Shown: positions 27,833 through 35,928, counted from the first letter of the stretch. The stretch is 35,928 nt of DNA from Thermodesulfovibrionales bacterium (GCA_030018605.1 JASEHP010000002.1:1-35928); one strand, 5' to 3'. Translations and numbers: made by a program. The notes: a model not told the origin generated them from the letters alone.

Positions 27833-28443
27833 TTTCCATGCCCCACGCTGAATTTTGGAGAATCCTTCACTTTTTTAAATTCCTTTTCCGGCACAAAGAA
27901 AAACAGATAACTTATAAAAGGCGGCAGCTTTCTCAATCTGGACTCAACCGTTATTCTGACAAAATAGCTGTCCGGCTCCAGTTCTCTCGTATTGGTAAGC
28001 TTAAGGTCTTTTATATTTAGTGTCCACTTCAATAATGAGTCAATCTCATTAAACCTTTTTTCCGTTATTGTCATGCCGTCTGATGATGTCGCAACATACT
28101 CCTTTTTGACAGGATCAACCCGCAGCATTTTAACAATAGGCTTTCCCAGAACAAACTCATCAGGCCAGATATTCCATACCCTGAAAAGGTCTATATGAAA
28201 CGTAATTTCTTTTACTATTCCGTTCTTCATATCCTGCAGCTGGTTCCCGTCAAGGATAATCCCTGTTGTGACATATATTTCGTTGTTTATAATCTTCGTT
28301 TCCGGACCGATTATCTCCGCAGACATCGCTAAAGAAGGGAAAAGCAACAAACACCCCCAAAAAAGCAGAGAACAAAAAGCAAAGATACATCTCCTGCCTA
28401 TCAATTTAGACTTGACATCTCCCTTGAAAAAATTTATTTTCAT
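27829..28443 (-). CDS. DUF4390-like exported protein, first gene of the NtrYX-like operon
   Basis: 204 aa with a signal/anchor sequence. ATGA overlap with the kinase start. The size, position upstream of an NtrY-like kinase, and the motif ...YFVRITVESRLRKLP match my memory of DUF4390. Confidence 0.55.
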   Translation of the reverse strand: MKINFFKGDVKSKLIGRRCIFAFCSLLFWGCLLLFPSLAMSAEIIGPETKIINNEIYVTTGIILDGNQLQDMKNGIVKEITFHIDLFRVWNIWPDEFVLGKPIVKMLRVDPVKKEYVATSSDGMTITEKRFNEIDSLLKWTLNIKDLKLTNTRELEPDSYFVRITVESRLRKLPPFISYLFFFVPEKEFKKVKDSPKFSVGHGK

Positions 28444-28460
28444 TATACCATAATAAAGAC

Positions 28461-28570
28461 AGTGAACAGTGAACAGTGAACAGTGTATAGTGTATAGTGT
28501 ATAGTGTATAGTGTATAGTGACAGTGGTAAGTGTCAGTAATACACTGTCACTGAAAACTGACACTGACAC
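28461..28570. repeat. Heptanucleotide tandem array with inverted half-array in a divergent promoter region
   Basis: 3x agtgaac (28461..28481), 5x agtgtat (28482..28516), degenerate agtgac/agtggta/agtgtc units, then complementary-sense actgtc/actgaaa/actgac units. agtgacagtg (28517..28526) is the exact complement of cactgtcact (28543..28552). gtgtcagt (28531..28538) is the complement of actgacac (28557..28564). Confidence 0.85.
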
Positions 28571-28592
28571 TTCTTAGATAGGAGGAGGAATT

Positions 28593-29075
28593 ATGGAATT
28601 TAAAACCGTAAAGATAGACATTCCCGAAAACTGCAATGTCATACTCGGGCAGACACATTTTATAAAAACAGCGGAAGACCTTTATGAAATTATGGTTACA
28701 ACAGCTCCTCATGCAAATTTTGGAATTGCCTTCACTGAGGCGTCAGGCCCGTGCCTGATAAGGACAGAGGGCAATGACAACGGGCTTATAGATGCCTGCG
28801 TTAAAAACCTTCAGGCGCTCGGCGCAGGACATGTGTTCTGCATACTAATGCGCGGAGCCTATCCTATAAATGTGCTCAACCAGATTAAGAACTGTCCTGA
28901 AGTATGCAGGATATTCTGTGCAACGGCAAATCCCGTTAAAGTTATTGTAGCCGCTCTATCCCATGGGAACGGTGTCTTGGGAGTTGTGGACGGTTTAGGA
29001 CCGAAAGGCATAGAGACACCTGAAGATAAGGCTCACAGAAAAGAATTTCTAAGAAAGATCGGATATAAACTGTAA
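28593..29075 (+). CDS. Adenosine-specific kinase family (PF04008-like) protein
   Basis: 160 aa. ...VILGQTHFIKTAEDLYE...GIAFTEASGPCLIRTEGND...LGAGHVFCILMRGAYPINVLN.IKN.PEVCRIFCATANP..V matches my recollection of this about-160-aa family. Strong GGAGGAGG SD. Confidence 0.6.
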   Translation: MEFKTVKIDIPENCNVILGQTHFIKTAEDLYEIMVTTAPHANFGIAFTEASGPCLIRTEGNDNGLIDACVKNLQALGAGHVFCILMRGAYPINVLNQIKNCPEVCRIFCATANPVKVIVAALSHGNGVLGVVDGLGPKGIETPEDKAHRKEFLRKIGYKL

Positions 29076-29079
29076 AACC

Positions 29080-29469
29080 ATGCGAATCAGCGGCAGGGTC
29101 AAAGAGCCATTATGTCCATTCTGCAGCGAACCGTTTAAAAGCCCGGAGGATATAAAGACCGGACTTGGAAATGTTTTCACAGGCGGGAAATGTAAATGCG
29201 GAGCAGCATACGTATTTGACCGTTCAGGACACAATCTTGGGGAGGCTTACGTTGACGCCCTTGTATTTGCCTGTGACGGTGATTGGGAAAAAGCATGGAC
29301 ACTAACACCTGATGTAGACTATAAAATAGAATCTTTCCACTATGATCAAGGAAGCCATCAATTAATAGAAAGCATAAAGAAAGGCTTACGGACAAGCGAA
29401 AACCTACTGTTCATTAAAGTGGAAAATAAAGCGCAAAGCAGTCAGAAAAACAGCAAGTTGGATAAATAA
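29080..29469 (+). CDS. Hypothetical protein with N-terminal zinc-ribbon-like CPFC...CKC motif
   Basis: 129 aa. The start is 4 nt after the preceding stop, which suggests co-transcription. CPFCSEPF-x18-GGKCKCG. No SD. No family recognised. Confidence 0.45.
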   Translation: MRISGRVKEPLCPFCSEPFKSPEDIKTGLGNVFTGGKCKCGAAYVFDRSGHNLGEAYVDALVFACDGDWEKAWTLTPDVDYKIESFHYDQGSHQLIESIKKGLRTSENLLFIKVENKAQSSQKNSKLDK

Positions 29470-29681
29470 ATATAATTTGCCAATAACTTTTTTTTATTTG
29501 ACCGAATATATAGAGATATATTAGTGTTTATAGTTCAATTGGGAATCTGATTGCCTTCAAATAATCATTTTTATCCTGTAAGAAAGGATTATTGGGAAGT
29601 TAAGACAAATATTGAGCGGGAGATTTCTCCCTTGCTTATATTTAACAAGAAATTTTTTCAACAAAAAGGAGGGATGTAAAA

Positions 29682-30017
29682 ATGCCAATGATGGATTTTC
29701 AGGGGAAACAGATTGAGGTTGATGATGACGGATATATTATTAACCTTGACGACTGGAGCAAGGAACTGGCCGTACAAGTGGCGTCACAGGAGGGCATTAC
29801 ACTGACGGATGCTCACTGGGAAGTCATTAACTTCCTCAGAGATTACTACAAACAGTATCAGATTGCTCCCATGATAAAGATTCTCGTTAAAGAGATCGGG
29901 AAGGCAATGGGGCCTGAAAAAGGCAACACAAAGTACCTTTACGAACTTTATCCGGGCGGGCCTGCAAAGCAGGCATGTAAGTATGCAGGGCTTCCAAAAC
30001 CAACAGGCTGCGTATAA
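29682..30017 (+). CDS. dsrC: DsrC (TusE/DsrC/DsvC family sulfur carrier)
   Basis: 111 aa. GYI.NLDDWSKELA...EGI.LTDAHWEVINFLRDYY..Y...P....L and the C-terminal arm CKYAGLPKPTGCV with both conserved Cys. AAGGAGGG SD. Confidence 0.95.
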   Translation: MPMMDFQGKQIEVDDDGYIINLDDWSKELAVQVASQEGITLTDAHWEVINFLRDYYKQYQIAPMIKILVKEIGKAMGPEKGNTKYLYELYPGGPAKQACKYAGLPKPTGCV

Positions 30018-30025
30018 AGAATTAA

Positions 30026-30070
30026 AGAAGTAAGGGGTTTTCTGCCTCTTACTTCTCATTTTTATTTTTT
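30026..30070 (+). terminator. Rho-independent terminator after dsrC
   Basis: agaagtaag (30026..30034) is complementary to cttacttct (30048..30056), followed by a T-rich run cATTTTTATTTTTTT (to 30070). Confidence 0.7.
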
Positions 30071-30147
30071 TAAGAAAAAAATGATGTTTGTGCGGGAGTT
30101 TAATCTCCACCGATTGAAAAAGTTAGCGGGAGGGAACAAAGCCAGAC

Positions 30148-30717
30148 ATGAAACTGAACAGCCTCTTAGCAGATAAAAAGGCTTCCATTCTGGAGAAATG
30201 GTTTGATGTAATAATAGAAAGTTACCCTCCTGACACCTCAAATTTTTTAAAGAATCAGAGTAACCGATTTGCCAACCCGGCAGGGTCGGCTATCTCGCAA
30301 GGAATAGAAAATATATTTGATGAACTCCTCAGAGGACTTAATCAGGGAAACACTTTACAGTTCCTTGACAATATTGTGAGAATAAGGGCGGTTCAGGATT
30401 TTACTCCCTCTCAGGCGCTCTCGTTTATCTTCCCTCTGAAAAGGATTATCAGAGAAGAACTCACTGTTGAAATAGCTGGAAGCCAGCTTTCAGATGAAAT
30501 CCTCGCCCTTGAATCTAAAATAGATGACCTCGCACTTTCAGCATTTGATATTTACATGAAGTGCAGGGAAAAGATTTATGAGATAAAGGCTAATGAGGTT
30601 AAGAGCATGACCTTTAGACTGTTACAGATGGCTAACCTGATAAACACTGAGGGGCACGAATCTGATTTCAAAGGAAACGATAAGCTTAAAATAAAAAGAG
30701 GAGAGGTAAAGAAATGA
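30148..30717 (+). CDS. dsrT: DsrT-like protein (RsbRD N-terminal-domain family)
   Basis: 189 aa. ILEKWFDVIIESYPPDTSNFL...NRFANPAGS...IVRIRAVQDFTPSQALSFIFPLK fits my memory of RsbRD_N/DsrT proteins. ATGA overlap with the dsrM start. Confidence 0.5.
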   Translation: MKLNSLLADKKASILEKWFDVIIESYPPDTSNFLKNQSNRFANPAGSAISQGIENIFDELLRGLNQGNTLQFLDNIVRIRAVQDFTPSQALSFIFPLKRIIREELTVEIAGSQLSDEILALESKIDDLALSAFDIYMKCREKIYEIKANEVKSMTFRLLQMANLINTEGHESDFKGNDKLKIKRGEVKK

Positions 30718-31703
30718 GAATCCTATTTTCCTTCTTTGCTGTTATCGCACTTGTTCTGTCTGCTTACGCAGGGGTGAAGATAGCAAACCTTCAATTTCTT
30801 TTTGGAGTTGTTATCCCCTATATTGCAATTACAATATTTACTCTGGGGTTCGTCTATCGTGTGTTGAAATGGGGAAGCTCTCCTGTGCCGTTCCGCATAC
30901 CCACAACCTGCGGACAACAGAAATCCCTGCCATGGATAAAACAGAACAGAATTGAAAACCCGTCAAGTATCTCAGGTGTCATCATCAGAATGGCGCTTGA
31001 AGCGCTGCTCTTCCGGTCACTCTTCAGAAACTTAAAGACACAGCTTAAGGACGGCAAGCTTGTCTATGGGGAGGCTAAATGGCTCTGGCTGGCTGGACTG
31101 GCATTCCACTGGTCTTTCCTCATTATCTTTGTGAGGCACTTCAGGCTCTTCCTCCAGAGCACTCCTTCGTTTATAAAAACTATTGAGGGGCTTGACAGCT
31201 TTCTGCAGGTGGGCGTCCCCCTTCTTTACATGACAGACATTGTTCTCCTTGGATCTGTAACATATCTGTTTCTCAGGAGAGTTTTCATACCACAGGTAAA
31301 ATATATATCTCTCGCTGCAGACTACTTCCCGCTTTTTCTGATATTTGGCATAGCCGCATCAGGCGTGTTAATGAGATATTTTTACAAGGTGGATATCGTG
31401 GGCGTGAAGGAACTCGCTATGGGACTTGTAATTTTAAAACCTGTGATACCTCAGGGTATCGGTGTAATTTTTTATATCCACCTGTTTCTGATATGCTTAT
31501 TGTTTGCCTACTTCCCGCTCAGCAAGCTGATGCATATGGCCGGGGTTTTCCTCAGCCCCACACGAAATATGGTGAACAACAGCCGTATGGTAAGGCATAT
31601 AAATCCATGGAATTATCCTGTGCATGTCCACACATATGAAGAATATGAGAATGATTTCAGGGAAAAAATGAAAAAAGCCGGAATACCAGTAGAAAAGGAG
31701 TGA
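30714..31703 (+). CDS. dsrM: DsrM, NarI-like dihaem b membrane subunit
   Basis: 329 aa, about 5-6 TM helices, located directly upstream of dsrK. GGAGAGG SD. Confidence 0.85.
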   Translation: MRILFSFFAVIALVLSAYAGVKIANLQFLFGVVIPYIAITIFTLGFVYRVLKWGSSPVPFRIPTTCGQQKSLPWIKQNRIENPSSISGVIIRMALEALLFRSLFRNLKTQLKDGKLVYGEAKWLWLAGLAFHWSFLIIFVRHFRLFLQSTPSFIKTIEGLDSFLQVGVPLLYMTDIVLLGSVTYLFLRRVFIPQVKYISLAADYFPLFLIFGIAASGVLMRYFYKVDIVGVKELAMGLVILKPVIPQGIGVIFYIHLFLICLLFAYFPLSKLMHMAGVFLSPTRNMVNNSRMVRHINPWNYPVHVHTYEEYENDFREKMKKAGIPVEKE

Positions 31704-31706
31704 CGC

Positions 31707-33323
31707 ATGGCAACAAAATTTACTGCAAAACCAGATGAACTGTCAAAGATAGACCACAAACCGCCTAAAAAAGGATGGATGGACACGCCTGCTGAATTCA
31801 AGGAACACACATTCTGCTGGGGCGCAAAAGGCAAAAACCTCAATATTGTTGATTTCCCGAATGCACGTGATTGGTCTCCCGCAGAGGAAGACTGGAAGCT
31901 TCCGGAAAACTGGCAGGAGATTGTCCTTGAAGGCATAAAGGACAGATTAGGCAAGTACCGCTCTTTCAAGCTGTTTATGGACATATGCGTCAGGTGCGGT
32001 GCATGCGCTGATAAGTGTCATTTCTTCATAGGCGGAGGAGATCCAAAGAACATGCCTGTACTCAGGGCAGAAATTCTTAGGTCGATTTACAGAAAATATT
32101 TCACTGCGTCAGGCAAGATGCTTGGCAAGATTGCCGGCGCAAGAGAGCTGACTCTCGATGTCTTGAAAGAACTCTGGTATTACTACTACCAGTGCACGGA
32201 ATGCAGGCGCTGTTCAGTCTTCTGCCCATACGGGATTGACCAGGCTGAGATAACCATGATGGGAAGAGAACTTACAAATCTGCTTGGATTGAATACAGAC
32301 TGGATATCAGGACCTGTTGCCAACTGCTACATGAAAGGCAACCACCTCGGGCTTGAGCCGCATACCATTACAAGCAGCGTGGAATTCTTCCTTGACGACA
32401 TAGAGACAATAACAGGCATAAGAATCAAGCCGACTTTCAATAGAAAAGGGGCAGAGATTCTTTTTGTAACTCCATCAGGAGACCTCTTTGCCGACCCCGG
32501 CACTTATACAGCAATGGGCTACCTTATGCTCTTTCACGAACTCGGTCTTGACTACACATGGAGCACATACGCATCCGAAGGAGGCAACTTCGGGTTTTTT
32601 ACCTCCAATGAAATGGCAAAAAGGCTCAATGCAAAAATTTATGCAGAGGCAAAGAGACTCGGAGTAAAATGGATCATTGGAGGAGAATGCGGTCATATGT
32701 GGCGGGTTATAAATCAGTACATGGATACATGGAACGGCCCTGCTGATTTCCTTGAGGAGCCTGTTTCTCCTATAACAGGCACAAAATTTGAGAATGCAAA
32801 ATCAACAAAGATGGTTCATATAGCGGAATTTACTGCTGACCTTATCAAGAACGGCAAGCTAAAGCTCGACCCGGCCAGAAATGACCGCCTCAAAGTCACA
32901 TGGCACGATTCGTGTAACACAGCAAGAGGGATGGGGATTCTTGATGAACCAAGATATGTTCTGCGTAATGTATGCAACCACTTCTATGAAATGCCTGAAG
33001 ACACCATCAGGGAAAAGACCTTCTGCTGTGGCAGCGGCACAGGACTGAACGCATCCGAAAATATGGAACTAAGGATGAGAGGCGGATTCCCCAGAGCCAA
33101 TGCCGTCAAATACGTCAGGGATAATTATGGCGTAAATATGCTGGCAAACATCTGCGCAATTGACAGGGCAACTTTAAATGCATTAATGGAATACTGGGCG
33201 CCCGATGTGAGCGTGTGCGGCCTTCATGAGCTTGTCGGAAACGCGCTCGTAATGACAGGCGAAAAGGAAAGGACACAGGATTTGCGCCTTGAACCATTAC
33301 ATGGGAAGGAGGCTGAAGAATAA
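31707..33323 (+). CDS. dsrK: DsrK, HdrD-like iron-sulfur subunit with CCG domain
   Basis: 538 aa. CVRCGACADKCH and CTECRRCSVFCPYG ferredoxin motifs. WHDSCNTARG and FCCGSGTG CCG-type motifs. Confidence 0.93.
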   Translation: MATKFTAKPDELSKIDHKPPKKGWMDTPAEFKEHTFCWGAKGKNLNIVDFPNARDWSPAEEDWKLPENWQEIVLEGIKDRLGKYRSFKLFMDICVRCGACADKCHFFIGGGDPKNMPVLRAEILRSIYRKYFTASGKMLGKIAGARELTLDVLKELWYYYYQCTECRRCSVFCPYGIDQAEITMMGRELTNLLGLNTDWISGPVANCYMKGNHLGLEPHTITSSVEFFLDDIETITGIRIKPTFNRKGAEILFVTPSGDLFADPGTYTAMGYLMLFHELGLDYTWSTYASEGGNFGFFTSNEMAKRLNAKIYAEAKRLGVKWIIGGECGHMWRVINQYMDTWNGPADFLEEPVSPITGTKFENAKSTKMVHIAEFTADLIKNGKLKLDPARNDRLKVTWHDSCNTARGMGILDEPRYVLRNVCNHFYEMPEDTIREKTFCCGSGTGLNASENMELRMRGGFPRANAVKYVRDNYGVNMLANICAIDRATLNALMEYWAPDVSVCGLHELVGNALVMTGEKERTQDLRLEPLHGKEAEE

Positions 33324-33760
33324 TGAAGATATATGACGGAGGAAAAATATTCGTTGGCTTGATTATCTTTGTCGGCTTGGTGACATCTCCTTTCTTCTTT
33401 AATCGCGGGAAATCCAATATTGTCCGGGATCCAAAGGCTGCCCAAATGATGCAATCTATGGGACTACAGTGCGTAGAGCCAAAGGCGTTTATGCTCCCTA
33501 ATCATATGCAGTTATTGGATGAGTGGAGAGATTCGGTAGTTCGTAAGGGCAATAGACTTTATAAAGCCTCTGATGGCAAGAATTATGTAATGAGTTTTCA
33601 GAACACATGTATGAATTGTCATTCAGATAAGAATGAGAGTTGCAATGCATGCCACAATAATCTTGCAATAAAGCATACCTGCGATGGATGCCACAATTCT
33701 ATTGCAGTTAAACCATACTGCTGGGATTGCCATATAGCGCCAAAGGAGAAGAAGTCATGA
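33323..33760 (+). CDS. dsrJ: DsrJ, periplasmic multihaem cytochrome c (here with four CxxCH)
   Basis: 145 aa. Signal anchor, a conserved CVEP...HMQLLDEWRD..VR segment, then CMNCH, CNACH, CDGCH, CWDCH. TAATG overlap with dsrK. Confidence 0.9.
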   Translation: MKIYDGGKIFVGLIIFVGLVTSPFFFNRGKSNIVRDPKAAQMMQSMGLQCVEPKAFMLPNHMQLLDEWRDSVVRKGNRLYKASDGKNYVMSFQNTCMNCHSDKNESCNACHNNLAIKHTCDGCHNSIAVKPYCWDCHIAPKEKKS

Positions 33761-34578
33761 GCATGAACAGAAGAGAATTTTTAAAGATAGCAGGAATCTC
33801 TACGATAGCCGGTATTGGAGGCACAGCGCTTGCAATAGGATTACGGAAAGGCGTGCTCGATGCTGCTCAGACCGCGCCGGACACCGGAGCCCTCACAGGA
33901 AAGAGATGGGGAATAGCTATTGACATGAACAAACTCAAATCAGAGGAAAACATCAAGAGAGTTACAGATGCCTGTCACAGCATTCACAATGTCCCGGACT
34001 TCAGCAATACAAAAGACGAGGTAAAATGGATATGGACTGAAACCTTTGAGCATTCATTCCCCGGACAGGAACATAAATTTATGCCTGAGGATATGAAACG
34101 CAAACCTTTTCTGCTGCTCTGCAACCACTGTGATAATCCTGCTTGTGTAAGGGTCTGTCCTACAAAAGCCACTTTCAAGCGAAAAGACGGAATTGTTATG
34201 CAGGACATGCACAGGTGCATCGGATGCAGATTCTGCATGGCAGCTTGCCCTTTCGGTGCAAGGAGCTTCAATTATCGTGATCCGAGAACCGGCCTTAACC
34301 CGGAAAAAATCAACCCCGAATTTCCAACAAGGACAAAAGGCGTGGTGGAAAAATGCACTTTCTGCTATGAGAGGCTTGCAAAAGGCATTAAGCCTGCATG
34401 TGTTGAAGAATCTAACGGCGCATTGGTATTCGGCGATCTTGATGATCCCGCATCCGAAATCAGAAGGATTCTCGCTTCAAAATATACCATCAGGCGCAAA
34501 CCGGAACTCGGGACAGAGCCGAACATTTACTACATAATAGGAGGTAATGACTATGCTGTTGTACCTGAAATCAAATAA
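33757..34578 (+). CDS. dsrO: DsrO, Tat-exported 4Fe-4S ferredoxin-like subunit
   Basis: 273 aa from the ATG at 33757 (ATGA overlap with the dsrJ stop; AAGGAGAAG SD). Twin-arginine signal MSMNRREFLK. CNHCDNPACVRVCP, CIGCRFCMAACP and CTFCYERL clusters. Confidence 0.92.
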   Translation: MSMNRREFLKIAGISTIAGIGGTALAIGLRKGVLDAAQTAPDTGALTGKRWGIAIDMNKLKSEENIKRVTDACHSIHNVPDFSNTKDEVKWIWTETFEHSFPGQEHKFMPEDMKRKPFLLLCNHCDNPACVRVCPTKATFKRKDGIVMQDMHRCIGCRFCMAACPFGARSFNYRDPRTGLNPEKINPEFPTRTKGVVEKCTFCYERLAKGIKPACVEESNGALVFGDLDDPASEIRRILASKYTIRRKPELGTEPNIYYIIGGNDYAVVPEIK

Positions 34579-34614
34579 ACATTACGCTCTGTTCGGAACA
34601 GGAGGTAACTTATA

Positions 34615-35787
34615 ATGCTTGAAAAAGCTCTAAGCGGAAGCAAAAAATACTGGACATGGATTTTTATCCTGCTCGTTCTCATAGGCATAGGAACCATTAA
34701 CTATCTCAAGCAGTTTCAGACAGGGCTTACAATAACAGGGCTTAGCCGGGACGTTTCATGGGGTCTTTACATAGGGCAGTTTACTTTCCTTGTCGGCGTA
34801 GCTGCATCAGGCGTCATGCTTGTTCTGCCATACTACCTGCACAATTTCAAACAGTTTGCGAAAATCACGGTACTCGGCGAGTTTCTGGCTGTATCAGCAG
34901 TCACAATGTGTATGCTATTCATTTTTGTTGATATGGGCCAGCCGATGAGGATTATGAATGTATTACTTTATCCGTCCCCGAACTCTGTCATGTTCTGGGA
35001 TGCGATGGTTTTAGGCGGTTACCTTGCCTTAAATATAATCATAGGCTGGGTTGTGCTTGGCTCAGACAAGAAAGGCATTGCTCCTCCGAAATGGGTTAAA
35101 CCATTAATTTATCTTTCAATAGCATGGGCACCCTTAATCCACACAGTCACCGCATTTCTCTATGCAGGAATTCCAGGAAGGCACTTCTGGCTGACTGCAA
35201 TCATGGCTGCACGATTCCTTGCATCAGCATTTTCAGGAGGCCCTGCGCTGCTTATAATTCTTGCCTTGATTATAAGGAAAACGACTAAATTTGACCCTGG
35301 CAAGGAAGGAATTCAGACGCTTGGGAAGATTGTGACTTATTTTATGATCACAAACGTGTTTTTCTTAGGTCTTGAGTTCTTCACCGCATTCTACAGCAAT
35401 ATACCCGGACACATGCATCCATTCCAGTATCTCTTTGCAGGGATTGGAGAATACAACAAACTTGTGCCGCTAATGTGGACATCAGTGATACTGGCAATTG
35501 CCTCAATTGCTCTTCTTATATTCCCTGCTGTAAGGAGGAATGAATCAACCCTTGCAATAGCTGCCGCAATGGTCTTTATATCCCTCTGGATTGACAAGGG
35601 ATTCGGCCTCATCATCGGCGGATTTGTGCCGAATATGTTTGAAAAGGTGACAGAGTACTGGCCGACAACGCCTGAGACGCTTATAACAATCGGTGTCTGG
35701 GCAGTAGGGTTTCTTGTGTTAACAATACTCTATAAGATCGCAATAACAGTAAGGGAAGAAACAGCAGGAGTTGAGATAGAACACTGA
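34615..35787 (+). CDS. dsrP: DsrP, NrfD/PsrC-like integral membrane subunit
   Basis: 390 aa, about 10 TM helices, last gene of dsrMKJOP. AGGAGG SD. Confidence 0.9.
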   Translation: MLEKALSGSKKYWTWIFILLVLIGIGTINYLKQFQTGLTITGLSRDVSWGLYIGQFTFLVGVAASGVMLVLPYYLHNFKQFAKITVLGEFLAVSAVTMCMLFIFVDMGQPMRIMNVLLYPSPNSVMFWDAMVLGGYLALNIIIGWVVLGSDKKGIAPPKWVKPLIYLSIAWAPLIHTVTAFLYAGIPGRHFWLTAIMAARFLASAFSGGPALLIILALIIRKTTKFDPGKEGIQTLGKIVTYFMITNVFFLGLEFFTAFYSNIPGHMHPFQYLFAGIGEYNKLVPLMWTSVILAIASIALLIFPAVRRNESTLAIAAAMVFISLWIDKGFGLIIGGFVPNMFEKVTEYWPTTPETLITIGVWAVGFLVLTILYKIAITVREETAGVEIEH

Positions 35788-35813
35788 AAAGCATTCTCAC
35801 TATGCCTCTATAA

Positions 35814-35852
35814 AAAGGGCTTCTTTGAATAAAAAGAAGCCCTTTTTATTTT
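35814..35852 (+). terminator. Rho-independent terminator after dsrP
   Basis: aaagggcttcttt (35814..35826) is the exact complement of aaagaagcccttt (35833..35845). The T-rich run TTTTTATTTT begins within the 3' arm (35843) and runs to 35852. Confidence 0.8.
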
Positions 35853-35928
35853 GCGATACAGATAAAAAATTGGCGTGTCAAATCATTTAACATGGTAACC
35901 GAAGCTTCTTCTGTTGAATCATGAAAAA

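Noticed and set aside
28461-28570. Possible CRISPR array
   Set aside because: The repeat unit is only 7 nt, with no spacers and no cas genes nearby. It is a microsatellite-like heptamer array.
33727-33756. Upstream start for dsrO
   Set aside because: The extension lies within dsrJ coding sequence. The ATG at 33757 gives a canonical twin-arginine signal at the N-terminus, an ATGA overlap and an SD.
35853-35928. Possible 3' end of a minus-strand gene at the right edge (...FFMIQQKKLRLPC*)
   Set aside because: Only about 13 codons are visible. It cannot be distinguished from noise.

Overview
Mostly chromosomal housekeeping DNA from a moderately AT-rich bacterium with dissimilatory sulfur metabolism, interrupted by a few accessory patches. 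Any lineage assignment, such as a Thermodesulfovibrionia- or Desulfobacterota-like sulfate/sulfite reducer, is only a guess. Right end: dsrC, a dsrT-like gene and a complete dsrMKJOP; no dsrAB in the window. Left end: a truncated ISNCY-like transposase, a MazEF-type toxin-antitoxin pair, a CHASE2 class III adenylate cyclase with a FecR-domain partner, and a lone 2-oxoacid:ferredoxin oxidoreductase alpha subunit. glyQ and glyS are split by a 4.7 kb island. It carries an m5C methyltransferase, a putative restriction endonuclease, vsr, and two unknown envelope proteins. Small 'gtcattgcgag' repeats flank the island. The middle holds an nrdJ-ydcF-pdxJ-acpS operon, hisG, hisC-hisB-HAD, nadB, pyk and a DUF4390/NtrY-like/NtrX-like (sigma-54 activator) operon. 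Observations I rate highest: (1) a 39-nt in-frame tandem duplication in dsrJ gives a fourth CxxCH heme motif. (2) A family of tandem heptanucleotide repeats (YAGTNNN, with inverted half-arrays) occurs in two divergent promoter regions, with a related array in frame inside hisC. (3) The R-M island splits glyQS. (4) The NrdJ is short and lacks a C-terminal Cys-rich tail. Several small hairpin repeat families (GTCATT...AATGAC, ATTCCC/GGGAAT stems) populate intergenic regions and create false N-terminal ORF extensions. No rRNA, tRNA or CRISPR was found. All family assignments rest on motif recognition by eye, not database searches.
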